Shown here: positions 23,543-36,599 of the stretch, one piece after another
Numbering within the stretch: position 1 is the first letter of the stretch
Layout: each line of letters opens with the position of its first letter
From: Pristiophorus japonicus
Taxonomy: Eukaryota
NCBI RefSeq assembly: GCF_044704955.1
Contig: NC_091993.1
Coordinates: 116,994,001 to 117,058,000 of the forward strand
Direction of reading: 5' to 3'
Length of the DNA stretch: 64,000 bases
Translations under genes and position numbers: made by a program
Notes under the pieces: generated by a model
What the model saw: only the letters and a program-made list of their open reading frames with translations
The model's database searches: none
Told to the model about the DNA's origin: nothing

Positions 23543-24011
23543 TTTTTTTAAAATAGTTTAATATTCTTTGCAGATTTATAAGCATGAAATAATCAGAAAA
23601 TGCTGGAAACTTTTTTTGTTTGGATGAGCTGTTAAATCAATGCCCCGTCTGCCCTCTCAGCTAGACATAAAAGATCCCATGGCACTATTTCGAAGAAGAG
23701 CAGGGGAGTTATCCCCACTGTCATGACCAATATTTATCCCACAACTCACATCACTAAAACAAATTATCTGGTGATTTATCTCATTGCTGTTTGTGGGATC
23801 ATGCTGCTTGCAAATTGGATGCGGTCTTTCCCTATATTACAACAGGGACTGCACTTCAATATATTTAATTGGCTGGAAAACAATTCGGGAATGTTCGGAG
23901 GTCGTGCAAAGATGCTTCATAAATGCAAGTTCTTCTTTGTAGATATTTTAAATATGGTCGCTCTTGATTTCTAATTTTTGTTGCATTTATAATGTATTGG
24001 ACTGAACTTAC

Positions 24012-24124
24012 CATATTTCTTCCACTGTTTTATTTTTAAACAAAAAATAACAGCAACAATGAGCAGTAGGAAGATGATCACCACGACCACTGAAAGAATG
24101 ACATGTTTCAGAAACGAACCTTTC
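24012..24124 (-). CDS. CD300/pIgR-like receptor, exon 4 (transmembrane KGSFLKHVILSVVVVIIFLLLIVAVIFCLKIKQWKKY)
   Basis: TGCAG acceptor, G|GTAAGT donor, phase 2-1; about 22 uncharged hydrophobic residues followed by a basic stop-transfer segment. Confidence 0.88.
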
Positions 24125-24184
24125 CTGCAGCAAAATACAGGTGAGATATATGGAGCATGAGATGGGCAGAGCTGAGGTAATTAG

Positions 24185-25050
24185 AACATAAGAACATAAG
24201 AAACAAGAGCAAGAGCAGGCCATATGGCCCCTTGAGCCTGCTCCGCCATTCAATGAGATCATGGCTGACCTTCGACCTCAACACAACTTTCCTGTCCGAT
24301 CTCCATATACCTCAATTCCCTTAGAGTACAAAGTCTATCTATCTCATCCTTGATTATACTCAAAGACTCAGCATCCACAGGCCTCTGTGGCAGAGAATTC
24401 CAAAGATTCGCAACCCTCTGAGTGAAGAACGTCCTCCTCATCGCGGTCTTAAATGGTCAACCTCTTATCCTGAGACTGTGGCCTTAGTTCCAGACTCCCC
24501 CAGCTAAGGGAAACATCCTCTCTGCATTTACCCTGTCAATCCCCTTCAGAATCTTATATAAGAACATAAGAAATAGGAGCAGGAGAAGGCCATTTGGTCC
24601 CTCGAGCCTGCTCTGCCATTTAATAAGATCATGGCTGATTTGATCATGGACTCAGCTCCACTTCCCTGCCTGCTCCCCATAACACTTTATTCCCTTATCA
24701 CTCAAAAATCTGTCTATCTCCACCTTAAATATATTCAATGACCCAGCCTCCACAGCTCTCTGGGGCAGACAATTCCATAGATTTACAACCCTCTGAGAGA
24801 AGAAATTCCTCTCATCTGTTTTAAATGGGCGGCCCCCTATTCTCAGACTATATCCCCTAGTTTTAGTTTCCCCTATGAGTGGAAATATCCTCTCTGCATC
24901 CACCTTGTTGAGCCCCCTCATTACTTTATGTGTTTCGATTAGATCACCTCATTCTTCTGAACTCCAATGAGTATAGGCCCAATCTGCTCAACCTATCTTC
25001 AGAAGTCATATGTTTCAATGAGATCACCTCTCACTCTTCTAAACTCTAGT
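24185..25050 (-). mobile_element. Two stacked CR1 3' fragments
   Basis: TAAGAACA tails at about 24185 and 24557; ORF pieces 24259-24441 and 24652-24921. Confidence 0.8.
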
Positions 25051-25275
25051 TACATAATTACATAACAAAAACAACTTTATTCCTCATCAGTCTTGTTCAT
25101 TGTGCTTCAATCTGTTCTCATATAACTGAAAAATACTTATAGTTGCTATAGCTGTAAAAAAAAAGTTTACATTTATACAAAGCCTTTCACGATCACTGGA
25201 CGTCCCAAATGAAGTCCTTTTTTGAAGTATAGTCACTGATGTAATATAGGAAATGCGGCAGCCAAGTTACGCAGC

Positions 25276-28200
25276 TGTTGTGTATGTGTAAAGCATGCAC
25301 TCCCATGTTCCGCCACCAGGGAGTGCATCCCCTGAAGTCCCAAGGGATGCTGGGATCCCTTGGGAGCACTGTATATAAGCCGGCCCCTAAGGCCTGTTCC
25401 TCACTCTGGAGTGTCTTAATAAAGACTGAGGTCACTGTTACTTTAACCTCCCTGTGTGCAATCTCATCTGTGTTAGGAACACAATAACTGGCGACGAGTG
25501 TATGAATCCAACGCAAAGATGCAGCAAACTGTGGGCATCCTGGAGAAGTTCTCGGAGGGTGAGGACTGGGAAGCCTATGTCGAACAGCTAGACCAGTACT
25601 TTGTAGTCAACGAGCTGGACGGAGAAGGAAGCGCTGCAAAAAGGAGAGCGGTCCTCCTCACGGTCTGCGGGGCACCGACCTACAGCCTTATGAAGAATCT
25701 TCTGGCTCTGGTGAAACCCACAGACAAGTCGTATGAGGAGCTGTGTACACTGGTTCGGGAGCATCTTAACCCGAGGGAGAGCGTGCTGATGACAAGGTAT
25801 CGGTTCTTCAAGTGCCAGCGATCTGAAGGTCAGGAAGTGACGAGCTATGTTGCCGAGCTAAGGCGACTTGCAGGACAATGTGAGTTTGATGGCTACCTGG
25901 AGCAAATGCTCAGAGACCTTTTTGTACTGGGCATTGGCCACGAGATCATCCTACGAAAACTTTTGACTGTAGAGACACTGACCCTCAGTAAGGCCATTGC
26001 GATAGCACAGACGTTTATGTCCACCAGTGATAACATCAAACAAATCTCTCAGCACACAAGTGCGAGCAATGTTCAGAAATTAACTGGAACCGTGTTTGCG
26101 AGTTGAAATGTACAGGGCAGAAACCACGAGTCTGCAACTGCCAGCAGGCCTCAGGTGAGCCAGATGACTCAGAGTCCGCAACAAAGATGAATGCAAGGCA
26201 ATTCACATCTTGTTGGCGTTGTGGAGGCTTCTATTCAGCCTATTCATGCCGCTTCAAAGGGTATGTTTGCAAGAGCTGCAAGCTCTGCAAAACCTACTAA
26301 CCACCACGTGGCAGAGGAAGATCGGTCCATGGTGGATCAAAGCAATTTCGAGCCTCAGAGAGAGGAGGCAGATGCTGAAGTACACGGGGTGCACACATTG
26401 TCGACGAAATGTCCACCTATAATGCTAAATGTAAAATTGAATGGCTTACCCGTAGCCATGGAACTGGACACTGGCGCTAGCCAATCCATCATGAGTAAAA
26501 AGATGTTTGAGGGACTGTGGTGCAACAAGGCACTCAGACCAGCCCTGAGCCCCATCCACACGAAACTGAGAACGTACACCAAAGAGCTCATCACTGTCCT
26601 GGGCAGTGCCATGGTCAAGGTCACCTACGAGGGGACGGTGCACAGATTGTCCCAGTCGATGGCCCCACACTGCTTGGAAGGAGCTGGCTGGGCAAAATCC
26701 GCTGGAACTGGGGATGACATCCGAGCGCTGTCACATGTCGATCAGGCCTCATGTACCCAGGTTCTTAACAAATTTCCTTCCCTTTTTGAGCCAGGCACTG
26801 GAAGCTTTTCCGGGGCGAAGGTGCGCATCCACTTGGTCCCAGAGGCACGATCCATTCACCACAAGGCGCGAGCAGTACCTCACATGATGAGAGAGACAGT
26901 GGAAATCGAGCTGGACAGGCTGCAACGCGAGGGCATCATTTCCCTAGTGGAATTCAGCGAGTGGGCCAGCCCGATTGTTCCAGTGCTCAAAAGTGATGGC
27001 ACGGTCAGGATTTGCGGCGATTATAAAGTAACTATTAATCGTTTCTCGCTACAGGACCAATACCCGCTACCTAAGGCAGACGACCTATTTGCGACGCTGG
27101 CAGGAGGCAAGACATTCACTAAGCTCGACCTGACTTCGGCCTACATGACGCAGGAGCTAGAGGAGTCTTCGAAGGGCCTCACCTGCATCAACACGCACAA
27201 GGGACTGTTCATCTACAACAAATGCCCGTTTGGAATTCGGTCGGCTGCAGCGATCTTCTAAAGAAACATGGAGAGCCTATTCAAGTCGGTACCACGCACG
27301 GTGGTTTTTCAGGACGACATATTGGTCACGGGTCAGGACACCGTCGAGCACCTACAAAACCTGGAGGAGGTCCTCCAGCGACTGGATCGCATAGAGCTGT
27401 GGCTGAAGAGGTCGAAATGCGTCTTCATGGCAACAGAAGTGGAGTTTTTGGGGAGAAAGATCACGGCGGATGGCATTCGGCCCACAGACGCCAAGACAGA
27501 GGCTATCAGGAACGCGCCCAGGCCACAGAACATCATGGAGCTGCGGTCGTTCCTGGGTCTCCTCAACTATTTTGGTAACATCCTACCGGGGTTAAGCACC
27601 CTCTTAGAGCCCCTACATGTGTTATTGCGTAAAGGTGAGATCTAGGTATGGGGAAAAAAACAAGTAATTGCTTTTGAGAAAGCCAGAAGCATTTTATGCT
27701 CCAACAAGCTGCTTGTATTGTATAACCCGTGTAAAAGACTTGTGCTAGCATGTGATGTGTTGTCGTACGGAGTCGGGTGTGTATTACAACAAGCTAACGT
27801 TGCGGGGAAGTTGCAAACTGTCGCCTATGCCTTCAGGAGCTTGTCTAAGGCCGAGAGGACCTATAGCATGATTGAGAAAGAGGCATTAGCGTGTGTGTTC
27901 GGGGTAAAGAAAATGCATCAGTACCCGTTTGGCCTCAAATTTGAGCTGGAAACCAATCACAAGCCCTTCATATCCCTGTTCGCTGAAAACAAGGGGATAA
28001 ATACTAATGCCTCAGCCCGCATACAAAGGTGGGCACAGGTGCTATCAGCATATAACTATACCATCCGTCACAGGCCAGGCACCGAGAACTGTGCGGATGC
28101 TCTCAGTCGGCTACCATTGCCCACCACGGGGGTGGAAATGGCGCAGCCTGCAAACTTGTTGATGGTGGCGCAGCCCGCAGACTTGTTGATGGTCATGGAA

Positions 28201-29795
28201 GCATTTGAAAATGATAAATCACTGTCACGGCCCGTCAGATTAGGACTTGGACCAGCCAAGATCCTCTGCTATCCCTAGTAAAAAACTGTGCCAGCATCCC
28301 CGTTGAAATGCAAGAGCTAATCAAGCCATTCCAGCAGCGAAAGGACAAGCTGTCCATTCAGGCAGACTGCCTGTTGTGGGGTAACTGTGTAGTGCTACCC
28401 AAAAAGGGCAGGGAGACGTTCATCCACAGCACACACCCGGGTATAGTAATGATGAAAGCGATAGCCAGATCCCATGTGTGGTGGCCCGGTATCGACTCTG
28501 ACTTAGAGCCCTGTGTACGGCAATGCAGCGTGTGTGCTCAGTTGAGCAACACGCCCAGAGAGGCACCACTAAGTTTGTGGTCCTGGCCCTCCAGACCATG
28601 GTCGAGGATCCATGTCGACTATGCGGGCCCGTTTCTCAGTAAAATGTTCCTGGTGGTGGTGGATGCTTTTTCAAAATGGATTGAATGTGAAATAATGTCG
28701 GGAAGCACCGCCACCATCACCATTGAAAGCCTGAAGGCCATGTTTGCCACCCATGGCCTGCCTGACATACTGGTCAGTGACAACGGGCCATGTTTCACCA
28801 GTGCCGAATTTAAAGAATTCATGACCCGCAATGGGATCAAACATGTCACCTCGGCCCCGTTTAAACCAGCCTCCAATGGGCAGGCAGAGCGGGCAGTACA
28901 AACAATCAGACCCTTAAATGAGTCACGGAAGGCTCACTCCAAACCCACCTGTCCCGAGTACTGCTCAGCTACTGCACGAGACCCCATTCGCTCACAGGGG
29001 TGCCCCCGGCTGAGCTACTCATGAAAAGGACACTTAAAACCAGACTCTCGCTGGTTCACCCCAACCTGCATGATCAGGTAGAGAGCAGGCGGCAGCAACA
29101 AAATGTAAACAATGGTCACGGCACTGTGTCACGGGAAATTGATCTGTATGACCCTGTGTATGTGCTAAACTATGGACATAGTCCCAAGTGGATCGTGGGC
29201 ACGGTGATAGCTAAAGAAGGGAGTAGGGTGTTTGTAGTCAAACTAGACAATGGACAAATTTGCAGAAAGCACCTGGACCAAATGAGGCTGCGGTTCACAG
29301 ACTGCCCTGAACAACCCACAGCAGACACCATCTTTTTCGAGCCCACAACACACAGCCAAAGGATCAATGACACCATCCTGGAAATCAAACCCATCACGCC
29401 CAACAGCCCAGCAAGGCCATGCTCACCCAGCAGCCCTGCAGGGCCAACAATACGCCAGCCCAGCGAGGGCACAGCCAACACACCAGAACAGACATTTGTA
29501 CCGAGGCAGTCCACCAGGGAAAGAAAGGCTCCCAACCACCTCACCTTGTAAATAGTTTTCACTTTGACTTTGGGGGGGGAGTGATGTTGTGTATCTGTAA
29601 AGCATGCACTCCCATGTTCCGCCACCAGGGAGTGCATCCCCTGAAGTCCCAAGGGATCCCAGCATCCCTTGGGAGCACTGTATATAAGCCGGCCCCTAAG
29701 GCCTGTTCCTCACTCTGGAGTGTCTTAAGAAAGACTGAGGTCACTGTTACTTTAACCTCCCTGTGTGCAGTCTCATCTGTGTTAAGAACACAATA
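25276..29795 (+). mobile_element. Full-length decayed Ty3/Gypsy LTR retrotransposon inserted in a SINE
   Basis: 211-bp LTRs 25276-25486 and 29585-29795; GCAGC TSD; PBS TGGCGACGAG 25489-25498; PPT 29572-29584. Confidence 0.96.
25519..29551 (+). pseudogene. Gypsy gag-pol (Gag, LDTGA protease, FQDD RT, RNase H, integrase with HPG/VDYAGP/SDNG) with several stops and frameshifts
   Basis: ORF pieces 25498-26106, 26191-27261, 27268-27645, 27718-28278, 28308-29024, 29000-29551 in PR-RT-RH-IN order. Confidence 0.93.
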
Positions 29796-30364
29796 GCAGC
29801 AAACTCCCACAAACAACAACGAGAAGGTTGCAAGGCCTCCTGTTGGTGGCCCGGTCGAATTTGTGGGCATAATTGTCTGCCTGACATCATGGCACTTGGT
29901 CGACAGTAAATAAATAAGCAGGAGTTGCCGGCAGCGCGACCACACCTCTGAGGGTGGATGTGCTGCCCAGCCACAGACAGCGCCCCACCGCGGCAGTTCC
30001 ACGAGGGGGGTCGTCGCCAGATGATAAGTGGTCGGTGCGTGCCCGACGCGGTGGGAATACAGGCCGAGCAGAAACCCGTTCCCGTCAGTCCCAGCCTGGG
30101 AGCAATTTTGAACGGGTCGTCCCATTTGTCTTCCCCCCATCGGTGAGGCCTCCCCACACCATTCCCGCCTCTTATGGAGCTTACGGAGAGGGTGGTAATT
30201 TCAGCCCCAGAAGGTTGTGAATTCAGGTCTCACTACGGACATAGCACTGTAGTGCCCAGAGGTGCTTTGTTTTGGAGGAAAGGCTCTATCTGCCTACTTA
30301 TGTGGATGTCAAAAGATCCCATAATAAAACAGGTAGCAGGCAGTTCTTCTCATGAGCTGTCTAC

Positions 30365-30780
30365 CCCACCCCTTGAGCCTGCTCCGCCATTTAATACGAT
30401 CATGGCTGAACCGATCATGGGCTCAGGTCCACTTCTCTGCCCACTCCCCATAACCCCTTATTCCCTTGTTGGTTAAAAAACTGTCTATCTCTGTCTTAAA
30501 CTTATTCAATGACCCAACTTCCACAGCTCTCTGAGACAGTGAATTCCACAGATTTACACACCTCTGTCAGAAGAAATTCTTCTTCATCTCAGTTTTAAAT
30601 GGGCGGCCCCTTATTCTAAGATTATGCCTTCTAGTTCTAGTCTCCCCTATCAGTGGAAACATCCTCTCTGCATCCACCTTGTCAAGCCCCCACATAATCT
30701 TATATGTTTCGATAAGATCATCCCTCAATCTTCTGAATTCCAATGAGTAGAGGCCCAACCTACTCAACTTTTCCTCATAT
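30365..30780 (-). mobile_element. CR1 3' fragment
   Basis: ORF 30567-30794 YEEKLSRLGLYSLEFRR. Confidence 0.85.
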
Positions 30781-31935
30781 GCTGGCATTGTCAAATTAGG
30801 TTTTTATTTTAGACTTTTTGAATCAAAGATGGTTTTGCTACCTCAGGACGTGTTGCAGAATACTTTTAGTCTTGGCAGCATATTGTGACGCCACTATGCC
30901 CATCCAGAATGGAGATGGTTGGGTAATTCCCCATCAATCACGCCTGGAGTCTGCACTGCTGTAAGTGGCTAGGTTTGGTGTTACACAGTTCAGTTTGTTG
31001 TCGTTGGTCGAGAATCTTTTTAAATAGATTCGGTAAAGAATCTTTGTTTGCTTTGCTGTGTGCTCTCTTTGCTGTAAGTGGTATTAAAGGGACGGCAGTA
31101 ACTTGTCTACGAAATTGGCTAAGGGATAGGGGGCAGAGAGTAGTGAGGAATGGGACGAAATAGGACAGCTCCTTCAAAGAGCTGGCACAGGCACGATGGG
31201 CCGAATGGCCTCCTTCTGCCAGAATGAGGGGATTGGGTAATTCTCCCACCAATCACGCCTGGACCAAATAAATCATCGGCAGTCCCTTTGAATCGAGGAA
31301 GACTTGCTTCCACTCTTAAAACGAGTCCTTGAGTGGCTGAACAGTCCAATACGAGAACCACAGTCCCCGTGCTGACTGTGAGGTGGAGCATGCCCAGACA
31401 CCGCACTGCTGCAAGTGACTGGGATTGATGTTACGTCTACCAACACCTGTTATTCCCTTTACTGAACCTTTCCACACCTACTGCTGAGGCCCCGGAGGAA
31501 GATTGAATGCTGAAGATGTCAGTGAAGCACAGCCCACTTCTGGAGTGCTCTGCAATAATTGCTCGCGCCCTGCACCAGGAGAGGAAGATCAGCCCCCGGA
31601 GATCTGACAGAAACTACGTGTCGGACATCTCAACAGGGCACTGTGCAAAAGAAAGGAGAAAAATGTAATGCTTACCTCGTCAAGCTCCTTAAAAAGAAAG
31701 GATACGGGTTTTCAGAAATTCTTGAAACCTGCTCTATTCAATGCAAAGTACCAAAGCCAAAACCATATGATCTATTATAAGTTTCACCAAAGATTGCCAA
31801 GGATAGTGAAGCGCCATATTGTATTTTTCCCTCCAGTTCAGCATTTTAAAAAAGCATCTGCGAGCTATTTGCAGAATACTATCACACTTATGGTAAAGAT
31901 GCACAATAGTGATTTTGACCTTTTGAGACACTAAC

Positions 31936-32035
31936 CTGTCTCTCCTCGAGCTGGGAAAAGAAGTGGTGAGAGCTGTAGTGACAGAAACCTCAAACGTTCT
32001 TGTCCTTGTGGTTGGACGCATTGTTGGCCTGTGTG
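31936..32035 (-). CDS. CD300/pIgR-like receptor, exon 3 (Thr/Ser/Pro-rich stalk AHRPTMRPTTRTRTFEVSVTTALTTSFPSSRRDR)
   Basis: Pyrimidine tract + CAG acceptor, AG|GTTAGT donor, phase 1-2, mucin-like composition. Confidence 0.8.
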
Positions 32036-33328
32036 CTGGAGATAAAATAGAGGAACATGCTGAACATCTTAGTCTAGAAATTGGGTATCGTCCTATTTGC
32101 AGGCAGTGACGCTTGGGAGGCACAAGACCAGGTGCAGAAGTCTCGCCTCTCGCGATAGATTTGGAGGACCACTCCCGGAAGGAAGTGGAGCACTAAATCG
32201 AGCGCTCCACTTCCTTCCTGGGGCGGTAGCAAGGCACACAAGGCTGAGCAGCGCTTTGCACTGGGCCGTGTAATGATGCCGCGTACGAGGGGCTCTTCCC
32301 CGAATTAAAGAGAAGGGAACCACCGACCTGGACCACCCAGGCAGAGTGCTGGGCTGAGCAATCGCGGCACAGACCCCGCGGAACAAACCCGCACTGGTGC
32401 GGGAATCAAAGCGCCGTGTGTTTTACTCAGCAGCAGCTGGCCATCTCCCCTTTAAATTTCCACTGGGTAGCAGCTGGCCGCTCGGTACGCGCCCCCCTGG
32501 AGCTGTCGCTGTCATCGCCCGGCACAGCTTCAGGGGGCAAAACCCAATTTAGAGACCAGGGTGCTAATGGGGCGCTGTGCGCGGCAATGACGACAGTGGG
32601 GCGCAACGCCGTAGCGTCACCGCTAACCTCCCGACTAATTTAGCGGGAGTCATTAACGGCACCATGCCCGGCCGCATGCGCATCCAATTTATCTCCCTTT
32701 ATCACTAAAAGTACTTTTTGCGTACAGTTTACTCCTCTTAATTGAGGTACTTAAATAATTCAATCAGTCAATAGTTTAGCATTACATTCCCTCTTTGTAT
32801 TGCTTGAGTAGCTTAATTCAAATGATGAGACCATTCCATTATATATAAGGGGAAAAAATTAATGGAATTAGCATTGACTGAGGCCCGGAAGGAAGAAATC
32901 AGAGGCAACTACAACAAAACACATGACGAGTGAATTTGACCTTTTGGTGCCTACTGGGTGCAGATACAGTGCTGACGTCCCTCCTCCTGTGTGAGTTGGC
33001 AGAGGTTCTGATCTCAGAGTGATTGGCAGCTAAAACCTTTCAGTAGGGACATTATTTTGCAAGTTCATTCCCCTTCCACGCACCCCCTCCCCCCACCCCG
33101 CAGCGACTCATCACCATTCCTGATGGTGGCGAGATGTTGTTCTGGAAATCCAATGGCCCCCATGGGCTGGGCACCCCAGTAACTGGGTGCCCACCCCTTT
33201 TATGCAAATGAACGTTTCCCCGGGATTTGACACAGAGTCACTGTCAGAACAGACAGGTGGGAATTTGTTGGCTCAAATGTTTACATTTGGGTAGCATAAA
33301 CTAAATAGAAATACATTTGTCTTCTTAC

Positions 33329-33652
33329 CTTCAGAAACTTTCAATTCGATCGAAAACTTTTCATTTGCTTGAAATGTTGGTTGTACTATCACACACCAGT
33401 ATGTTCCTTCATCACTCTTTGTTAGGTGGTCCATGGTTACTGAAAATATCCCTTGTGTTTTGTTATCAGTCAGTGATACTCCTCCTTTTTCTGGTTGATC
33501 AGTAGAAACCACAACAGAGCTGCTCAAGTAATATTTACCTTTACACCATTGTTTATCATTGTCCTTATAACTCATATCATACCGACAGTCCACAGTGACC
33601 GATCCTCCCAATTCTGCGACAACATTCTTAGGTCCAGATAATTGACATGAAC
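33329..33652 (-). CDS. CD300/pIgR-like receptor, exon 2 (Ig V-set domain)
   Basis: GPKNV..GGSVTVDCRY..KQWCKG..VSLTDNKTQGIFSVTMDHLTKSDEGTYWC is the CD300/pIgR/TREM-type V domain pattern; CAG acceptor, GTAAGA donor, phase 1-1, 324 nt. Confidence 0.93.
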
Positions 33653-34024
33653 CTGCTGGCATATTAATGATGAAAGATTATTGACTGCTCTATCAGAATC
33701 AACATAACCAGCATTTAACCAAACAAACACTGCTGATCCACTGGAATTGCAGTCTCGTTGTTTGCAATTATAGGTCCAATTCAATTTTTAATATCACATT
33801 CCATGTGCTGACCTCACATTGCTAACATTGTTACTGAAATTACTGAGTACGCTCAGTTTTTGGGCCTGATTTTCCCAATATGCGGGCCTGTGATTTCCTG
33901 TTGTGAGGCCCAATTCCCTCCTGATTGTGCATTCTGAGAAAATTATCTCCGTCATCGATTGATATTCTCTATTTACACTGATCATGGCTGTTAAGTGAGA
34001 CTAAAAAGCTTGCTAAAAAACCTA

Positions 34025-36483
34025 GGGGGCGAAATTGCTCCGCGCCCCATTTGAAGGCGGTAACCTTCCGAGGCCGGGACGTTTATCGATCGGCCTGGAG
34101 TTTCCGCCCCTGGTGCGGAATTCGGCCGTTCCGCCCCTCAACGGAGGCGGAGCGCTATTGGAGGCGCTCAGCTTCCGTGGAGGAGCGCTCCCGGATGCTC
34201 CATGTAGCGCTGACGTGGCAGAACGCCCAACCCCTTCAATTAAAGGGGAGGGCTGATGAGCGCTCTACAGCCCCTTTGGCGGCCGCCACTGGGCCACCAG
34301 GGCCAGCAGCCCGGCACTCAAAACGGAGTGCTGGGCTGCAGGATGGCGGCCAGAAGAGTCGGCCAACAGAAAAATATGGCAGCCCATGGCGCAAACGGCC
34401 TCTGCTTCAAGGGGCACCTCGGCGGCGGATATCCGCGACCAGCGAAGCTGGCGGTGACATCGGCCGGTGCCATTCTTGCCACTTGCGGGGCATTCCCCCC
34501 CCCCCCCCCATGGGGCGGTGAGGGGTCAGCGTACACGGCGATCACCGTGCCTGCGCCAGCCCAGGGTGAAAATCGCGAGGCGTGACACTAACGACACAAT
34601 GCCCTCCCCCCCCCCCCCCCAACCTCCGGGGCAATTTCCCCCCATGGGGCGGTGAAGGGTTGGCATGCACAGTGATGACGTCATCGCCATGTGTAGGGGG
34701 TGGTTTGTGGGGAGGTCAGCTTTCCCTTCTGACCTCACTGAGTGGTTTCGAAGCACTCCCACACCCTGGGTTCTCGATTCTAGACTTATTTGGGGGAAGT
34801 GACGAACTGATGACAGATGATTGGTTTCAAGGTAAGGAGCAGGTATGGTTTTATTACATTCAAGACAAATTACAGAACGCACCTTTAAATAATACTAACA
34901 ATTCACACCAGATAAGAATTATACAGCTTATTACTTTAAAGGGGAAGAAAAACAGAGGATAAACATATCCTAAACAATGTTCCCTTAACCCCCTCCCAAT
35001 ACCCCTATCTAACTAAGTCAGAACTCTGGGGCTTCAGGGACTATGCTCACCTCTCTGTTGGACAGTTGCTGCTGGAACACGGTTTTGGGGTTCACTGGAC
35101 TTTGTCGTTTAGGTGAGCCGTACCCCGGATGGAGGAGTGGACTTCAGACTGCGTGGTCTTCAGTTGGGGTGAGTCTGCTGATGCGGTTGGGCGTGTTAGG
35201 ATCTACGGGGTGAGTATCCACTTTCTTTGGTTAGGGATAGTTTTTGTCAGTCTCTTTAAATAAAATCTCACCCGTTGATCGTGCAGGAGTAGATTGTAGA
35301 ATGGAAACTATATTGATTTTTCGGTTTTTGCAGAGTTGATTCCGGCTGGTCGTTTCGTTGGTTGCGATGGCCCAGCTTACCAATTCGGTTTCTGGTAATC
35401 TTCCGTTGGTCATTTCGTGGGCCTCTTGTTGTTGCGGCGTGTTTGGTCGGTCCTTGCAGGTTTCTTGTCGATTTTTCTGGTCGGTCTTCTGGAGTCCACG
35501 GAACAGGTAGAGGGCTTGTGCGATGAGAACTGCTCCGGAGAGTGTCTCTAAAAACGCGCACACACACCCACACACCTACTTCCCTTTGGAAAAAGGTATA
35601 TTTATACCCCCAAAAAGCTTCCTTATCTTCACGCCAAAACTAGCTCAGCCTTTTTTCTTGATGCAGCTGTCCATTCGTTTTAAAAACCATCTTTTGTCGA
35701 GTTTTGGCGGGCTAGTTTAGTATTGATTTGATTAAGATGTGATAATGTGGAAATCAATGGCTTTGCATTGTTGTAAGAGTGTTTAAACTCTTGGGCCGTT
35801 TGGCTGGGCCCGTGATTTCTATAGGGCTATTTGCACATGCATGCAAATAATGGTCTCCGGTGATTAGCCTGATAGCTCTTGATGCGTTTATGTCCTAGGG
35901 AGCAAATTTTTATGCCCCACAGTTCTCGTTAGTTATCGATTGACTCATTCTCCCAGACAAATTGAATTAGCTCCAATATCCAATTCCGAGTGAAGTCCCA
36001 CCCTCTGTTCTTGCAGTCTGTTTTAACATGTCCTTTTAAAATTCTAAACTTGTTAAACTCTTAGGTTTCTTCCTCAGAGTTTTTACTAGGATACCAAAAT
36101 GTTCATCGAGTTCCAAATTGTATTCCCTTTCCTTTGAGTCCAAACACTGTGGGGGGGGGGGTCTCCATGAATGCATGAATGCATCCCCTTTATCTCTCGC
36201 AGGCCTCGTCTGCCTTTCAAAACTCATTTGTGTCCCGAAGTTTTCCTTCCATTTTAAAAGTTCAAAAAGGGATTCTTCCTTTTCAGGGGAATAGTACAAG
36301 GAATCTTTGCGAAATATTGGAAAATATTGCACGTGTGTGCGCCAGCAAAGGTGCTAATGACACAACGCCCACAAACCTCCGGGGCAATTTCCACGGAGGC
36401 GCTATCGACCATAACCTCATTGCGCCTCACGAGCACCACCCGGAAGCGCTAATGGGGCTATAAAAAAGACCAATTTTGCCCCC
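34025..36483. mobile_element. PIF/Harbinger-like MITE interrupted by a solo LTR
   Basis: TIRs GGGGGCGAAATTG / CAATTTTGCCCCC; 3-bp CTA duplication. Confidence 0.7.
34692..36331 (-). mobile_element. Long (1640 bp) solo LTR, ERV- or Gypsy-like
   Basis: TG...CA ends; CATG/CGTG 4-bp TSD; minus-strand TATAAA about 35600 and AATAAA about 34850; related to 51992-53510. Confidence 0.7.
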
Positions 36484-36599
36484 CTAATTCTTTCATTCTT
36501 TCTAACAGGTTCTCCCAGACTGCCCATTTCTAAGCCCAGTTATTTTATTTCACTTTCTACAGTCAAGTTCCCTGGACCTAAACTGCCTTTGTCGGTTCA

